The notes under the pieces: model-generated
What the model was told of the DNA's origin: nothing
What the model saw: only the letters and a program-made list of their open reading frames with translations
The model's database searches: none
Shown here: piece by piece, positions 13,275 to 25,755 of the stretch
Numbering within the stretch: the first letter of the stretch is position 1
Layout of the letters: the number at the start of each line of letters is the position of its first letter
Assembly: GCF_963921235.1 (NCBI RefSeq)
Contig: NC_086097.1
Location: 189,970,001 to 190,034,000, forward strand
From: Mobula hypostoma
Taxonomy: Eukaryota
Direction: 5' to 3'
DNA length: 64,000 nt
Program-made: the position numbers and the translations under genes

Positions 13275-13995
13275 TCAGGTCTCTTAACATTCAGTGGCAT
13301 CATCATCACTGAATCCCCTACTATCAACATCCTGAGGTTTACCATTGACAAGAAACTGAAGTGGTTCAGCCAAATAAACACCGTGGCTACCAGAGCAGGT
13401 CAAAGGCTAGGAATCCTGCAGTGTATAACTCAGCTCCTGACTCCCCAAAGCCTGTCCATCATCTACAAGTCTCAGGTCAGGAGTGTAATGGAATACTTGC
13501 ACTCACCTGGATGAGCATAGCTCCAGTAATACTTGAGAAGCTTGGCACCATCCAGTACAAGGCAGCCCACTTGATTAGTACCCCTTCCACAAGCACCCAG
13601 TCCCTCCACCATCGATGAACAGTTGCAGCAGTGTGTACTATCTACAACATGCACTGCAACAACACACCAAAGTTCCTAAGGCAGCACCTTCCAGACCCAC
13701 GACCACTACCATCTCGAAGGACGAGAACAGCAGACACCTGGGATCACCTCCATTTGGAAATCCCCCTCCAAGTCACTCACCATCCTGACTTGGAAACATA
13801 TCACCATTCCTTCATTGTTGCTGGGTCAAAATCATGGAATTCCCTCCTTAACAGCACTGCGGGTGTACCTACACCTCAGGGACTGCAGCGGTTCAAGAAG
13901 GCAGCTCATCACCACCTTCTCAAGGGCAACTGGGGATGGGCAATAAATGCTGGCATAGCTGGCGGTGCCCACATCCCTTATAAATGAAAAAGAAA
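13275..13995 (+). mobile_element. 5'-truncated non-LTR retrotransposon (CR1/Jockey group, clade unassigned) with A-rich tail
   Basis: TESPTINIL..RAGQRLGIL..LLTPQSLSIIYKSQVRSVMEY..GSKSWNSL..GLQRFKKAAHHHLLKGN; ends aaatgaaaaagaaag. Confidence 0.85.
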
Positions 13996-15713
13996 GGTAT
14001 CCAGTGGTGAAAAATTGTGAGCATTAGGGGTTAGTTACAAGCTAGCCACTTTCTTAAGGATGAAAGGCCTGTGTTGCAGAATATCTCAAGAATGACATCG
14101 GGCATCATTAAGATTAGGTGGGTACAGCCAATGGATCTTAGTGCTGTCATGAAGCCAATAGTGCTGGCATACGCTCTTATTGTTTAGTGCCCTCTCACTG
14201 TGGAGAAGGATATGAGTTCTGTTAACTTGCATTAGTGAGTATCCAAAGCAATCTAATGCAAATATTCCCAATGTTGTTCTAATCCAACCTGTAAAGGTCA
14301 ACACGCATAGAACAGATGGGTCTGCTCAGCAACTGAATGTGGGTGTTGTGTAAGTTTTTTCACCATTAGTACTTGTCTAAAGAAGCTGAGTCACCTAAAG
14401 CATTGAGATTTCTAATGGGGAAACGTCCATGAAGGACCTTTGAATGTATAAGTGAAGAATCTATTTCAGTGGTCTCTTCTCCCTCTCTAGACAGACTGCT
14501 CTGTTTGCAGTTTCCCTATTCTTCCTTTTTTGTTGCAAGTAGGGAGGAAAGGACAGCAATGCCACCTTATCTGGGGTAATTAGGTATTTCTGAATTCTGG
14601 AAGTTAGGATCAAATTCTTACCAAAACATCACTCTCCACAATTTCTATAATCTATGGCTGAAGTCATCAGTCAGCAGCAATGCTTCTTGGCAAGCACTCA
14701 TAGTTCAGAAATATGATGTCTGAGTTACCTGCTGCTTTGAAATTGTTCCCTATACACAGCAATGAATCCTGTAATGTGCTTTGGGGATTCATACTCGATA
14801 CCCCCCTCCGTTTTGAGAAACAGCTGTTCACCATAAGATTATTTTCTGTCTCATAGCCAATTTTGTCTTAAATTGTGCTGTTGTTCCTTCAATTAATATA
14901 TGAAAAAAATTAACACCATCTGTCTTGTCTGAATATCAGGTATTTGGAGGAAATGTCTTCTATGCATATCTTTTATCTTATTGAGATACATATCCCAGTA
15001 GACAGGCTAATTTTAAGGCTTTGTAGTGTGTATAATATTGGAAGTGCTTGATAAAAGGATGACAGTCTTAAAGCAACATTTAACAATTGTCCCACATGGC
15101 AATCTGCTACCTGGGTTGCTATACTTGAGGGCAGTCCAGCCCATCCTCACAGATTTGATTTGACGCAAATGACATAATTCACTGTATGTTTTGATGTATC
15201 TGTTGTATCCACTCGAAACATCCATAAAATTTATAAAGGTACATCAAACTGCTGGCTTTCTGATCAAGGTAGATATTTCAATAAAAGATATCACAAAACT
15301 TGAGTGGCTACGACTGAGTTACTAAATCTGGACCGTGGCCTAAATTTTTCACCCATCCATTGTGCTGGTAGACATGTAGCTCAACAGGAGTTCTGACAAA
15401 TGTAATGATAAACTCTTACTTCTGCCTAATTTTCTGAGGTCAGGCTCATTACCAGCTTTGCAGAAATGCTCGTGGCTGGAACAAAATCATTTTCTTAAAA
15501 GCATACTCAAGATTCTACCATCAATCACCCCATTGTTCATTGCCTAGACTTTCTGGATTGTTACATTTTGCAAAGGATTATTACATATACTCCCTAGATT
15601 CAATTTTGCAGGGAGTTACAGTACTGTGCAAAAGTGTAAGGCACATGTAAAAAAACTCTGTGAGATGAACATGCCTTCAAAAAATAATGAATTGGAAAGA
15701 TCCTAAATATCAA

Positions 15714-17736
15714 CAAGAAGAAATTTTCGAACGGAAAAAGGATGCAACCGTGACTGACAAGAGAAGTCAAAGCCAAAGTTAAAGCAAAGGAGAGGGCATA
15801 CAGGGTAGCAAAAATTAGTGGGAAGACAGATGATTGGGAAGTTTTTAAAAGCTTACAAAAGGAAACTAAGAAGGTCATTAAGAGGGAAAAGATGAACTAC
15901 GAAAGGAAGATAGCTAATAATATCAAAGAGGATACTAAAAGCTTATTAAAGTATATAAAGAGTAAAAGAGGTGAGAGTAGATATAGGACCGATAGAAAAT
16001 GATTTTGGACAAATTGTAATGGGAGATAAGGAGATGGCGGAGGAACTAAATGAGTATTTTGCATCAGTCTTCACTTTTACAGACACTCAAGGGTGGCAGG
16101 GAAGAGAAGTGTGCACAGTCACAATTACGACAGAGAAAGTACTCAGGAAGCTGAATAGTCTGAAGGTAGATAAACCTCCCGGACCAGATGGAATGCACCC
16201 TTGTGTTCTGAAGGAAGTAGCTGTGGAGATTGCGGAGGCATTAGCGATGATCTTTCAAAACTTGATAGATTCTGGCATGGTTCCGGAGGACTGGAAGATT
16301 GCAAATGTCACTCTGCTATTTAAGAAGGGGGCAAGGAAGCAAAAAGGAAATTATAGACCTGTTAGCTTGACATCGGTAGTTGGGAAGTTGTTAGAGTCGA
16401 TTGTCAAGGATGAGGTTACAGAGTACCTGGAGGCGTGTGACAAGATAGGCAGAACTCAGCATGGATTCCGTAAAGGAAAATCCTGCCTGACAAACCTATT
16501 ACAATTTTTTGAGGAAATTACCAGTAGGCTAGACAAGGGAGATGCAGTGGATGTTGTATATTTGGATTTTCAGAAGGCCTTTGACAAGGTGCCACACATG
16601 AGGCTACTTAACAAGATAAGAGCCCATGGAATTACGGGAAAGTTACATACATGGATAGAGCGTTGTCTGATTGGCAGGAAACAGAGTGGGAATAAAGGGA
16701 TCCTATTCTGGTTGGCTGCTGGTTACCAGTGGTGTTCCACAGGGGTCCGTGTTGGGGCCGCTTCTTTTTACATTGTACATCAACAATTTGGATTATGGAA
16801 TAGATGTCTTTGTGGCTAAGTTTGCTGATGATACGAAGATAGGTGGCGGGGCCGGTAGTACTGAGGAAACGGAGAGACTGCAGAGAGACTTGGATAGATT
16901 GGAAGAATGGGCAAAGAAGTGGCAAATGAAATACAATGTTGGAAAGTGTATGGTTATGCACTTTGGCAGAAAAAATAAACGAGCAGACTATTATTTAAAT
17001 GGGGAGAGAATTCAGAGTTCAGCGATGCAACGGGACTTGGGAGTCCTCGTGCAGGATACACTTAAGGTTAACCTCCAGGTTGAGTCGGTGGTGAAGAAGA
17101 CGAATGCAATGTAGGCATTCATTTCTAGAGGAATAGAGTATAGGAGCAGGGATGTGATGTTGAGGCTCTATAAGGTACTGGTGAGCCGTCACTTGGAGTA
17201 CTGTGGGCAGTTTTGGTCTTATTTAAGAAAGGATGTGCTGACGTTGGAGAGGGTACAGAGAAGATTTACTAGAATGATTCTGGGAATGAGAGGGTTAACA
17301 TATGAGGAACATATGGATTGCATTCCTTGCAGTTTAGAAGAATGAGGGGGGGGGCCTCACAGAAACATTTTGAATGTTGAAAGGCATGGACAGAGTGGAT
17401 GTGGCAAAGTTGTTTCCCAAGATGGGGGTGTCTAGTACAAGAGGGCATGACTTAAGGATTGATGGGTGCCCATTCAGAACAGAGATACGAAGAAATTTTT
17501 TTAGCCAGAAGGTGGTGAATCTATGGAATTTGTTGCCATGGGCGGCAGTGGAGGCCAAGTCATTGGGTGTATTTAAGGCAGAGATTGATAGGTATCTGAG
17601 TAGCCAGGGCATCAAAGGTTATGGTGAGAAGGCAGGGGAGTGGGACTAAATGGGAGAATGGATCAGCTCATGATAAAATGGCGGAGCAGACTCGATGGGC
17701 CGAATGGCCGATTTCTGTTCCTTTGTCTTATGGTCT
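15714..17736 (+). mobile_element. 5'-truncated CR1 (young subfamily shared with 36797-38232 and 56685-59784)
   Basis: RT ORFs 15971-16819 and 16671-17114 (PGPDG, YLDFQKAFD, GVPQGSVLGP, FADD); tail ctttgtcttatggtct. Confidence 0.95.
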
Positions 17737-17781
17737 AAAATTACTGTCAAGAACAGTAAACTGTAAAAAAAACACAACAAA

Positions 17782-18711
17782 TCAATATTTGGTGTGACCA
17801 CCAAAGTGCATCAGTTCTCTTAGATACACTGGTGTGCTGTTTTATAAGAAAATCAGCTGATAGGTTGTTTCAAGCTTCTGAGAATTTGCCACAATTTTTT
17901 GATACTTTGGTTGTTTCACTTGCTTCTTCCTCTTCAGGTAACCCCAGACAGCGTCGATGATGTTGAGATCAGGGCTCTGTGGAGGTCATTCACACAGTTG
18001 CAGAACTCCTGGTTGTTCTTTTCACTGAAGGCAGCTCTGCATGAGCTTGGCCCTGTGCTTGGGGTTATTGTCTTGCTGCAGAATGAATTTGGGACCGATC
18101 AGACACCTCCCTGATGGTATTGCATGATGGATGAGAATCTATTTGTACTTCTCAGCATTGATGATTCCATTAATTCTGACCAGATCACCAGCCCCATTTG
18201 CAGAAATACAGCCCCAAATCTGCTTCACTGTTGGCTGCAGACACTCATCCATGTAGCACTCTCCAGCTCTTCTACAGACAAACCTCCTTCTGTTCAAGCC
18301 AAATATTTCAAATTTTGACTTCTCAGTCCAGAGCACACGCTGCCATTGTTCAGCAAGTCAGTCCTTGTGTTTCGTTTCTACCTAGGAGGAATGGCTCTTT
18401 GGCAGCAACTCTTCCACGAAGACCATTTCTGACTAGACCTCTCTGGACTGTAAAGGGGTGTACTTGGGATCCAGTGGTTTCTGTGAGTTTGGAGCTGAGA
18501 GCCATGCTGAACTTTTCCAATGTAATTTGATGTGTGTTTCATGTGCTGCACTGAGTTTCCATGGCTGATTACTGCAAGCCAGCCCATTTCTTTGTGCGTC
18601 TTGAGAAATACATCTTCAAGCTCCTGCCTGCTGCAAAATCTCAGCTTGGGAGAGAACTTGCTGATGCAGGATGATCACCTTATGTCTTTTTGCTATGCTC
18701 AGCCTTGCCAT
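17782..18711 (-). pseudogene. Tc1 DD34E-type transposase pseudogene
   Basis: MARLSIAKRHKVIILHQQ..LWTEKSKFEIFG..WGCISANG..QQDNNPKH..SPDLNIIDAVW..GGHTKY*; frameshifted. Confidence 0.9.
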
Positions 18712-18977
18712 GTGTAAGAACTGATGATTTGAAGGTTAAACTGTCACGTCTACCACACCTCATCTTTTAGTTTGGTTGTCCTTTGCCCAATGTGATTCCT
18801 TCTACACCAGTTTCTGTTTCAAATTAATCAGTTTAGTTCATCAACTCATTATGTCATTGATCATTAGCACCTGTTTGTTATCTTTGTTTAATCATGTACT
18901 TGGCTATAGACTGTATCTGCAAAGTAATTAGGTTTGTATCTGAAAAGTGGTCTATTAATAAAATACAAAAATTCGCT

Positions 18978-19806
18978 CACAAACAAGAGAAAGTCTGCAG
19001 AAGCTGGAAATCCAAGCCACACACACAAAAGGCTGAAGGAACTCAGCAGGCATCGATGGAAAAGAGTAAAGTTGATGTTTTGGGCTGAGACACTTTAGCA
19101 GGACTGGAGAAAAAAAGCTGAGGAGTAGATTTAAAAGGTGGAGGGGCAAGAGAGAAAAACACAAGGCGATAGGCGAGACCTGAAGGGGGAAGGATGAAGG
19201 AAAGAGCTGGGAGGTTGATTGGTGAAAGAGCTACAGGGCTGGAGAAGGGAGTCTGATAGAAGAGGACAGAAGGCCATGGAAGAAAGAAAAGGGGGAAGGT
19301 GACAGAGGGAAAAGGGAAGGAGAAGGGGGAGAGGGAAGAGGGAAAGGGGGGCGGTTGATTACTGGAAGTTTGAGAAATCAATGTTCATGCCATCAGGTTG
19401 GAGGCTACCCAGACAGAATATAAGGTGTTGTTCCTCCAACCTGAGTGGCTTACCATGACAGTGGAGGAGGCCATAGATAGACGTATCGGAATGGGAATGC
19501 AAAGTGGAATTAAAATGGGTGGCCACTGGGAGATCCCGCTTTTTCTAGCGGACGGAGCATAGGTGCTTGGTGAAGCGGTCTCCCAGTCTACATCAGGTCT
19601 CATTGCTATACAGGAAGCCACACCAGGAGCACCGGACACAATATATGACCGCCCAACAGACTCACAGGTGAAGTGCCGCCTCAGCTTTGGGGCCCTCAGC
19701 TTTTATTCTCCAATCTTGCCAAAGGGTCTCAGCCCAAAATGTCAACAGTACTCTTTTCCATAGATGCTGCCTGGCCTGCTGAGTTCCTCCAGCATCTTGT
19801 GCGTGT
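18978..19806 (-). mobile_element. Truncated Penelope-like element (GIY-YIG end + terminal repeat) with an inverted partial terminal repeat
   Basis: CVRCSWCG/GET/EQHLIFRLGSLQPDGMNIDFSNF-type region. 19697-19806 is the reverse complement of about 19020-19120. TSD-like tacaaaaattcgct / tacaaaaaattcact. Confidence 0.88.
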
Positions 19807-21980
19807 TACAAAAAATTCACTGTAAGATTTAATTTTTTGGAAAATGAATGTTCAGTTATCTAAAATTTGCTCTTTGCTATGACACTAATGCAGAATACAA
19901 AAAAAATCTGAACAACAGTTATATAAAAGATTTCTGGTGTGTAAGACTTTTGCACAGTACTGTAACTATGGGAAGTTACATTAAGTTAGAAGTACACCAT
20001 TCATTTGTTTGGCACTTGAATGTATCCGACTTGGAGGGCTTATTGCATAAGTTCCAGCAGAATATCCCTGAAATGTCAGGGACAAAGAAGAAGATGGCTG
20101 AATAGACTGAATATTTTCCTGAAGACTTAAAATGGCTTCTGCATTTCCTGATTATCATGCTGACAATGCTCACGTATTCAGTATCAACTTCAATTCCTAC
20201 GCGTACAGTACCTCTTGCATTCTGCAGGAGTTAAGTAATGATGGGAATTACAAAGGTCAAAAATACACTGCTAATAAGTTGCAATGAGAAAATTTGAAGC
20301 TTTATTTATTTCTATGACAAGCTGGACTTGCTGTTGTTGATTGAAGCATTTCTTCAAATCCTTTAGTTTTATTTCTGCATTCTGTCTTCGATTCCATGAT
20401 ATTTCCCTCACATAAAACAGCAACAAAATTGCAAAAAGGGATCTCTTTTAACCTTCATTTTGTTTTGTGAGGGATATAACAAATTTACATTTAATCCCTT
20501 TTGGCATATCATTTCATAAATATTCCATTCACACTAAAAACTGCTACTGTCTCTTTTAATCAATCCATCTCTATTCCAAGATAGGACTTGCAATTTTGTC
20601 CCTGGATTTAATTGACCTTTCTACTTGAACATGCTTAACAATGATCTCATTTGTAAACAAGTGATAGCAAACTTTTGTCAACATCATTTTTCAGAGTAAT
20701 ATAGAAAGCAGAAACATAAACATTTAGAATGTGACAAACTGCATCATATTTCTGTCTTATTTTAATGAAATTTTATCCTCAGGTGATGTTTTACATTTTT
20801 GTTTGTTGAATTCATTCGTGCTGGCATGACTACCAGCTACCACCATCCCCAGTCACCCTTGAGAAGGTGGTGGTGAATTAGCTCCTTGAAACATTCTGGT
20901 CTGTGTGGTGAAGTATTCTCTCATGTTGCTAGGTCAGACAATCAAGGATTTGGACACTGCAGTGATGCAGAAACAATATTATTTCAGATCTTGTTAACTT
21001 CTCTTTGTCACTGGATTGGCATCCGTGAAAACTTACACTTCATAGTGCCAGTCTCTGAGTTGGTGCAGTCATATACCAGGCACAATGATGTTGTCATATT
21101 CTTCATTATTATTATTCCTGCTTTTGTGCTCCTTTGTGCTTCTTCTTTTCCAGTGTCCCTTCTTGCTCAGTCTCCTCCTCTTGCAGGGAGGAAGAATGAC
21201 CTCAATTAAAGGTAAGTGTACTTCTAAGCTGTAGTTGAAACACCTTACTGGCTACTCAGTAAGTAACATTATTAGCGAGCATGCTTAGCCAAATACAGGT
21301 GGCATCCTGACACCACTCTGCCTATTATTTACAGTAAGGCTTCCTTTTTGGTGATGAGATGCTATAATTGGGAGAGTTTGTCTCCTGAGTAGCTGGCCCA
21401 CCCTTCTATTGCCTAAAAAACAATTGAAGGGTATGGAGTATATTTTTAACCCTTGCTCCTTTGGTAGCTTCTGTTTACAGTGGTATTGAGGACAGAATAT
21501 CAACGTAGTGTTGTGACGATTGGCGTGCAGACGAATTAGCATCTTATGACTGTCTGGTTGATTAAGTGTGTGTATATGTGCATGCATGCTTGGTCTAAAT
21601 GTCAGCATAAATCAACAGTATTTACATGAAAGCTTGTAATGTTCGTTTTCATCTTGTGATACCATGATGTTTCTTTCCATCAGTACTTCATGGTTTCTGA
21701 AATCACACAATGGAAAAACAGTATATCAGCCTTTTGCCAGGCTCCTCATATTTCCTTATTCATTCATTGTACATGGGTACAGCTGGCAATGCCAGTATAT
21801 ATTATATATCCCTACTTGCCTTTTAACTCTCAATGTTCTTAAGAACAACATGTAACAGTCTAAGGATGGCAAACTTCCTCCACTGATAGAAAGGAACAGA
21901 ATTGGTCCACTTACTGATGGACATGGAGGAGAAAGAGATGAGGAAGATCTTAAATGGCTTTTTTGCATCTGTATTTACCA

Positions 21981-22326
21981 TAAGACCATATATTATAGGA
22001 GCAGAAGTAGGCTATTCGGTCCATTAAGACTGCTCCACCATTCGATCATGGGCTGATCCAATTCCTCCGTCATCCGCACTCTCCTGCCTAACAATTGTGA
22101 ATTTGCGGAATTCTACACCCTCAAAAGCAATAGAGGCAATCTCATCAGAGATATTGAAGGTACAATTAGCTGTTTTGATTTGCATAATAAGAGATATAAC
22201 ACTTATGGGGAAAAGGCAGGGAGATGAAGCTGAAACCACAGCCACATCAGTCAGAATCATATTAAATGGCGGAGCAGGCTCGACTGGTCAGATGGATACT
22301 CTCGCTGCTATTTTTTATATTCTTAT
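21981..22326. mobile_element. Pair of CR1 3' ends in tail-outward orientation
   Basis: Minus-strand tail 21981-22090 and plus-strand tail 22096-22326, flanked by the direct repeat TATTTACCATAAGACC. Confidence 0.75.
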
Positions 22327-22913
22327 TTACCATAAGACCTTTACTTGGGAGGTGGACATATAACTGACACAAAACATAGATTCTGTAACTTCTCTATGGA
22401 TTACAGAAGAGGAGGTGCATAAGTCCTTGGAGCAAATTAAGGTAGATAACTTCCCAGGGATTGTGGGAGTGCAGAAATTTCAGAAGTCCTGGCAGAGGTA
22501 TATAAAATATCCTTATCCACTTGTGAGGTTAACCATGGTTAAGGATAGCTAAGGTTGTTCTGTTGTACAAGAAAGGCTCTAAGAATAAGATGGGAAATTA
22601 TAGGCCAGTGAGCCTGATGTCAGTAGTGGGTAAATTATTGGACAGAATATATAAGTATTTCAATAGACAGGACCTGAGCAGGGATAGACAACATGGGTAT
22701 GTGTGTGGTAGGTTGTGACTAACCAACCTCATAGAATTTTTCAAGATGGTTACCTGGAAGGTCAATGAAAGAAAGGCAGAGGATGTTGTCTACATAGACT
22801 TCGACAAGGTCCCACATGAAAGGATAGTCAAGAAGGTTTAGTCACTTGGCATTCAGGATGAGGTAGTAAATTGGATTCAACATTGACTTTGCAGAAGAAG
22901 ATAGAGAATGGTA

Positions 22914-23067
22914 CAGGTCAACCTTCACTAATCCGACTACCTGTAATCTGGTTCCTTCGATAATCCGGCACTGATTATGCTTAATGTGATCCTTCTGTAA
23001 TTCGGCATTTTCACTAATTCGGCACTCCTCAGGTCCCAATGGTGCTGGATTAGTGAAGGTCGACCTG
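22914..23067. mobile_element. 154-bp MITE (Tc1/mariner-pogo type)
   Basis: TIR CAGGTCAACCTTCACTAATCC / GGATTAGTGAAGGTCGACCTG (1 mismatch), TA TSD, internal TAAT(C/T)CGGCA repeats. Confidence 0.92.
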
Positions 23068-23074
23068 TAGTAGA

Positions 23075-23885
23075 TTCTCTCTGGCTATCCGTCCCACAGG
23101 ATGATGATGGATCCTTTCAGTCAGTTAGAGGGGTTTGATATGTGCGTCCTGGGAGTGGCCGTACAGGCCGATCCTTGACAGGCACTGCTTGCCACATACT
23201 TGGCAGGTGAGACCTGGAGGGGCAGCAGGGGCAGAAGCTCTGTTGTGGCACTTCCTGTGCCTTTCCTCTGTTGCCTCGTTGAGCTTGTTCTCAGCAGTGT
23301 CCACACCTTTTCTGATGGCGTCCCTCCACTGTGAGCGATCTTGAGCCAGATCCTCCCATGTTGATGGGGCAATGTCAGCTTTCTTGTGGCTCCCGTGCAG
23401 AACATCCTTGTACCGTAGTCGCTGGCCTCCTCGTTTTCTGGTACCACTGGACAGTTGGCCGTACAGGATGTCCTTGGGCAGTCTTCCGTCAGGCATTCTG
23501 ACAACATGTCCTGCCCAGTGCAGTTGGGCTGATATTACCAAGGCTGAAATTGCTGGCATTCCGGCTCGAGAGGGGACCTCGGTATTGGAGACCTTGTCTC
23601 GCCAGGTGATCTTCATCAGAGAACGTAGGTGACACTGCTACAGTTGGTCAAGCTGGCGTAAATATCTCTGATTGCACCATGTCTCACATCAGTATAACAA
23701 GGTTGATATGACAACAGCCCTGTATACCTTGCACTTGGTGACCAACCTGATGTTCTGTGACCAAACTCAATCTTTCAGCTGACCAAAGGCAAAGCAGGCT
23801 TTTCTGGTTCTTGACTCAATCTCCTCATCCAGAGAAGCTGAGGATGTTATTATGCTGCCCAGGTAGTAAAACTTATTGCTTCATT
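23075..23885 (-). mobile_element. 5'-truncated RTE (BovB-like) LINE
   Basis: KFYYLGS..KCKVYRAVV..ITWRDKVSNTEV..QLHWAGHVVRMPDGRLPKDILYGQL..CQVCGKQCLSRIGLYGH zinc knuckle. Confidence 0.9.
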
Positions 23886-24099
23886 GACAGGTGGCCTGTG
23901 ATTAATGGTGTGCCACACGGATTGGTGCTGGATCCATTGTTATTTGTCATCTATATCACCAATCTGGATGATAATGTAGTAAACTGGATCAGCAAATGTG
24001 TGGATAAAACCAAGATTGCGGGCTTAGTGGAAAGTGAGGAAGGCTATCCTGACTTGCAGCAGGATTTGGACTAGCTGGAAAAAGGGCTGAAAAATGTCA

Positions 24100-25133
24100 C
24101 CTACCACCCCACCAGCCTTCGTGTCAAACATATAATTCTCCGTAACTTCCGCCATCTCCAATGGGATCCACCACCCAGCACATCTTTCCCTTCCCCCCCC
24201 ACTTTCTGCTTTCCGCAGGTATCACTCCCTACACGACTCCCTTGTCCATTCGTCCCCCCCAACCCTTCCCACCGATCTCCCTCCCGGCACTTATCCTTGT
24301 AAGCGAAACAAGCACTACACCTGCCCTTACACTTCCTACCTCAGCACCATTCAGAGCCCCAGACAGTCCTTCCAGGTGAGATGACACTTCACCTGTGAGT
24401 CTGCTGGGGTGATATACTGTGTCCGGTGCTCCTGGTGTGGTCTTCTATATATTGGTGAGACCCGACGCAGACTGGGAGACCGCTTTGGCGAACACCTATG
24501 CTCTGTCCGCCACAGAAAGCAGGATCTCCCAGTGGCCACACATTTTAATTCCACATCCCATTCCCATTCCGATCTGTCAATCCATGGCCTCCTCTACTGT
24601 CGAGATGAAGCCACACTCAGGTTGGAGGAACACCACCTTATATTACGTCTGGATAGCCTCCAACCTGATGGCATGATTTCCCTAACTTCCGATAATGCCC
24701 CTCCTCCCCTTCTTACCCCATCTCTAATTTTTATTTTATTTTATTTCTTCTCTCTTTCCCTCTCACAATAACTCCTTGCCTGTTCTCTAGCTTCCTCTGG
24801 TGCTCCCCTCCCCCTTTCTTTCTTCCAAGGCCTTCCGTCCTATAATACTCCCCCTTTCTCCAGCCTTGTATACCTTTTGCCAATCAACTTCCCAGCTCTT
24901 AGCTTTACCCCTCCCCCTCCTGTCTTCTCCTATCAGTTCAGGTCTCCCCCTCCCCCTCCCACTTTCAAATCTCTTACTATCTCTTTTTTTCCTTTAGTCT
25001 TGATGAAGGGTCTCGACCCGAAACGTCGACTGTACTTCTTCCTATAGATACTGCTTGGCCTGCTGCGTTCCACCAGCATTTTGTGTGTGTTGCTTGAATT
25101 TCCAGCATCTGCAGATTTTCTCGTGTTTGCGTT
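24100..25133 (+). mobile_element. 5'-truncated Penelope-like element with 12-bp TSD
   Basis: GIY-YIG region (IYCVRCSWCGLLYIGET) and terminal repeat. TSD TGAAAAATGTCA at 24088-24099 and 25134-25145. Confidence 0.93.
24996..25031 (+). ncRNA. Minimal type I hammerhead ribozyme motif with one core substitution (UUGAUGA)
   Basis: AGTC-TTGATGA-A-GGGT-CTCG-ACCC-GAAAC-GTC-GACT. Confidence 0.7.
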
Positions 25134-25659
25134 TGAAAAATGTCAGGTAGAACTTAATGCAGGCAAGTATGAGGTATTGCACTTTTGCAGGACAAACCAG
25201 GTAGGACTTACACAGTGAATGGTAGGACACTGAGGAGAGCCATAGAACAGAGGGATCTACGTTTGTAGGAATACGGATCCATAATTCCTTCAAAATGACA
25301 TAATTGGCAGATTGGGATCCAAACCAACATACACAAAATGCTGAAGGAACTCAGTAAGCCAGGCAGTATCTATGGAAAACACAGAATTCTGTTTGCTATT
25401 TCAATAACAATGGCAGCAACTATTTTTGTTCCCTGGTCCCTGGACTCACTATCTCTAAACAGTGAGTTGAGCTATTGGCATATCAGTGCTCCTCTACATG
25501 AAGCTGGAATCTCAGCATGTCTGTCTCCCATGGCACCCTCATGAACGTTACCACTGTCTGGCTGCAACTGCTTTTGTGCCTTCTGGGCTGACAATCTTCT
25601 TGAATTGGAGAATAGGATAGTGTTTGTAGTTGCCTAAACAGTGTAAGGTTTTTGAGAGA

Positions 25660-25755
25660 ATAAATGAACTGCTGCGAGAACTCAGCAGGTCAAGCAGCAT
25701 CTATGGGAGGAAAGGAATTGAACAATATGGGTCGAAATCCTACATCAGGACTGCA
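25660..25755 (-). mobile_element. Solo Penelope terminal-repeat fragment (similar pieces at about 25325-25380, 28078-28115, 34660-34800 and 50260-50350)
   Basis: gaactcagcaggtcaagcagcatctatgg motif and a decayed hammerhead. Confidence 0.7.

Larger units (their letters stand above)
15619..19962 (-). mobile_element. Tc1/mariner DNA transposon containing nested CR1 and Penelope insertions
   Basis: Perfect 17-bp TIR CAGTACTGTGCAAAAGT at both ends, TA TSDs at 15617-18 and 19963-64, internal transposase pseudogene. Confidence 0.92.
21880..25300 (+). mobile_element. Old CR1 ORF2 fragment broken by four nested insertions
   Basis: Collinear FASVFT, NYRPVSL, DKVPH, QRVVVD, GVP.G..LDP, ADKTKI and EKWQ motifs across the insertions. 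Confidence 0.85.

Noticed and set aside
21196..21211. ATG ACC TCA ATT AAA (MTSIK) recalls the N-terminus of ARMH1
   Set aside because: Only five residues, and the expected continuation is not found in the window.
22914..23067. Regularly spaced TAATCCGGCA-like repeats suggesting a CRISPR-like array
   Set aside because: Too short and irregular; they are subterminal repeats inside a TA-flanked MITE, and no cas genes are present.
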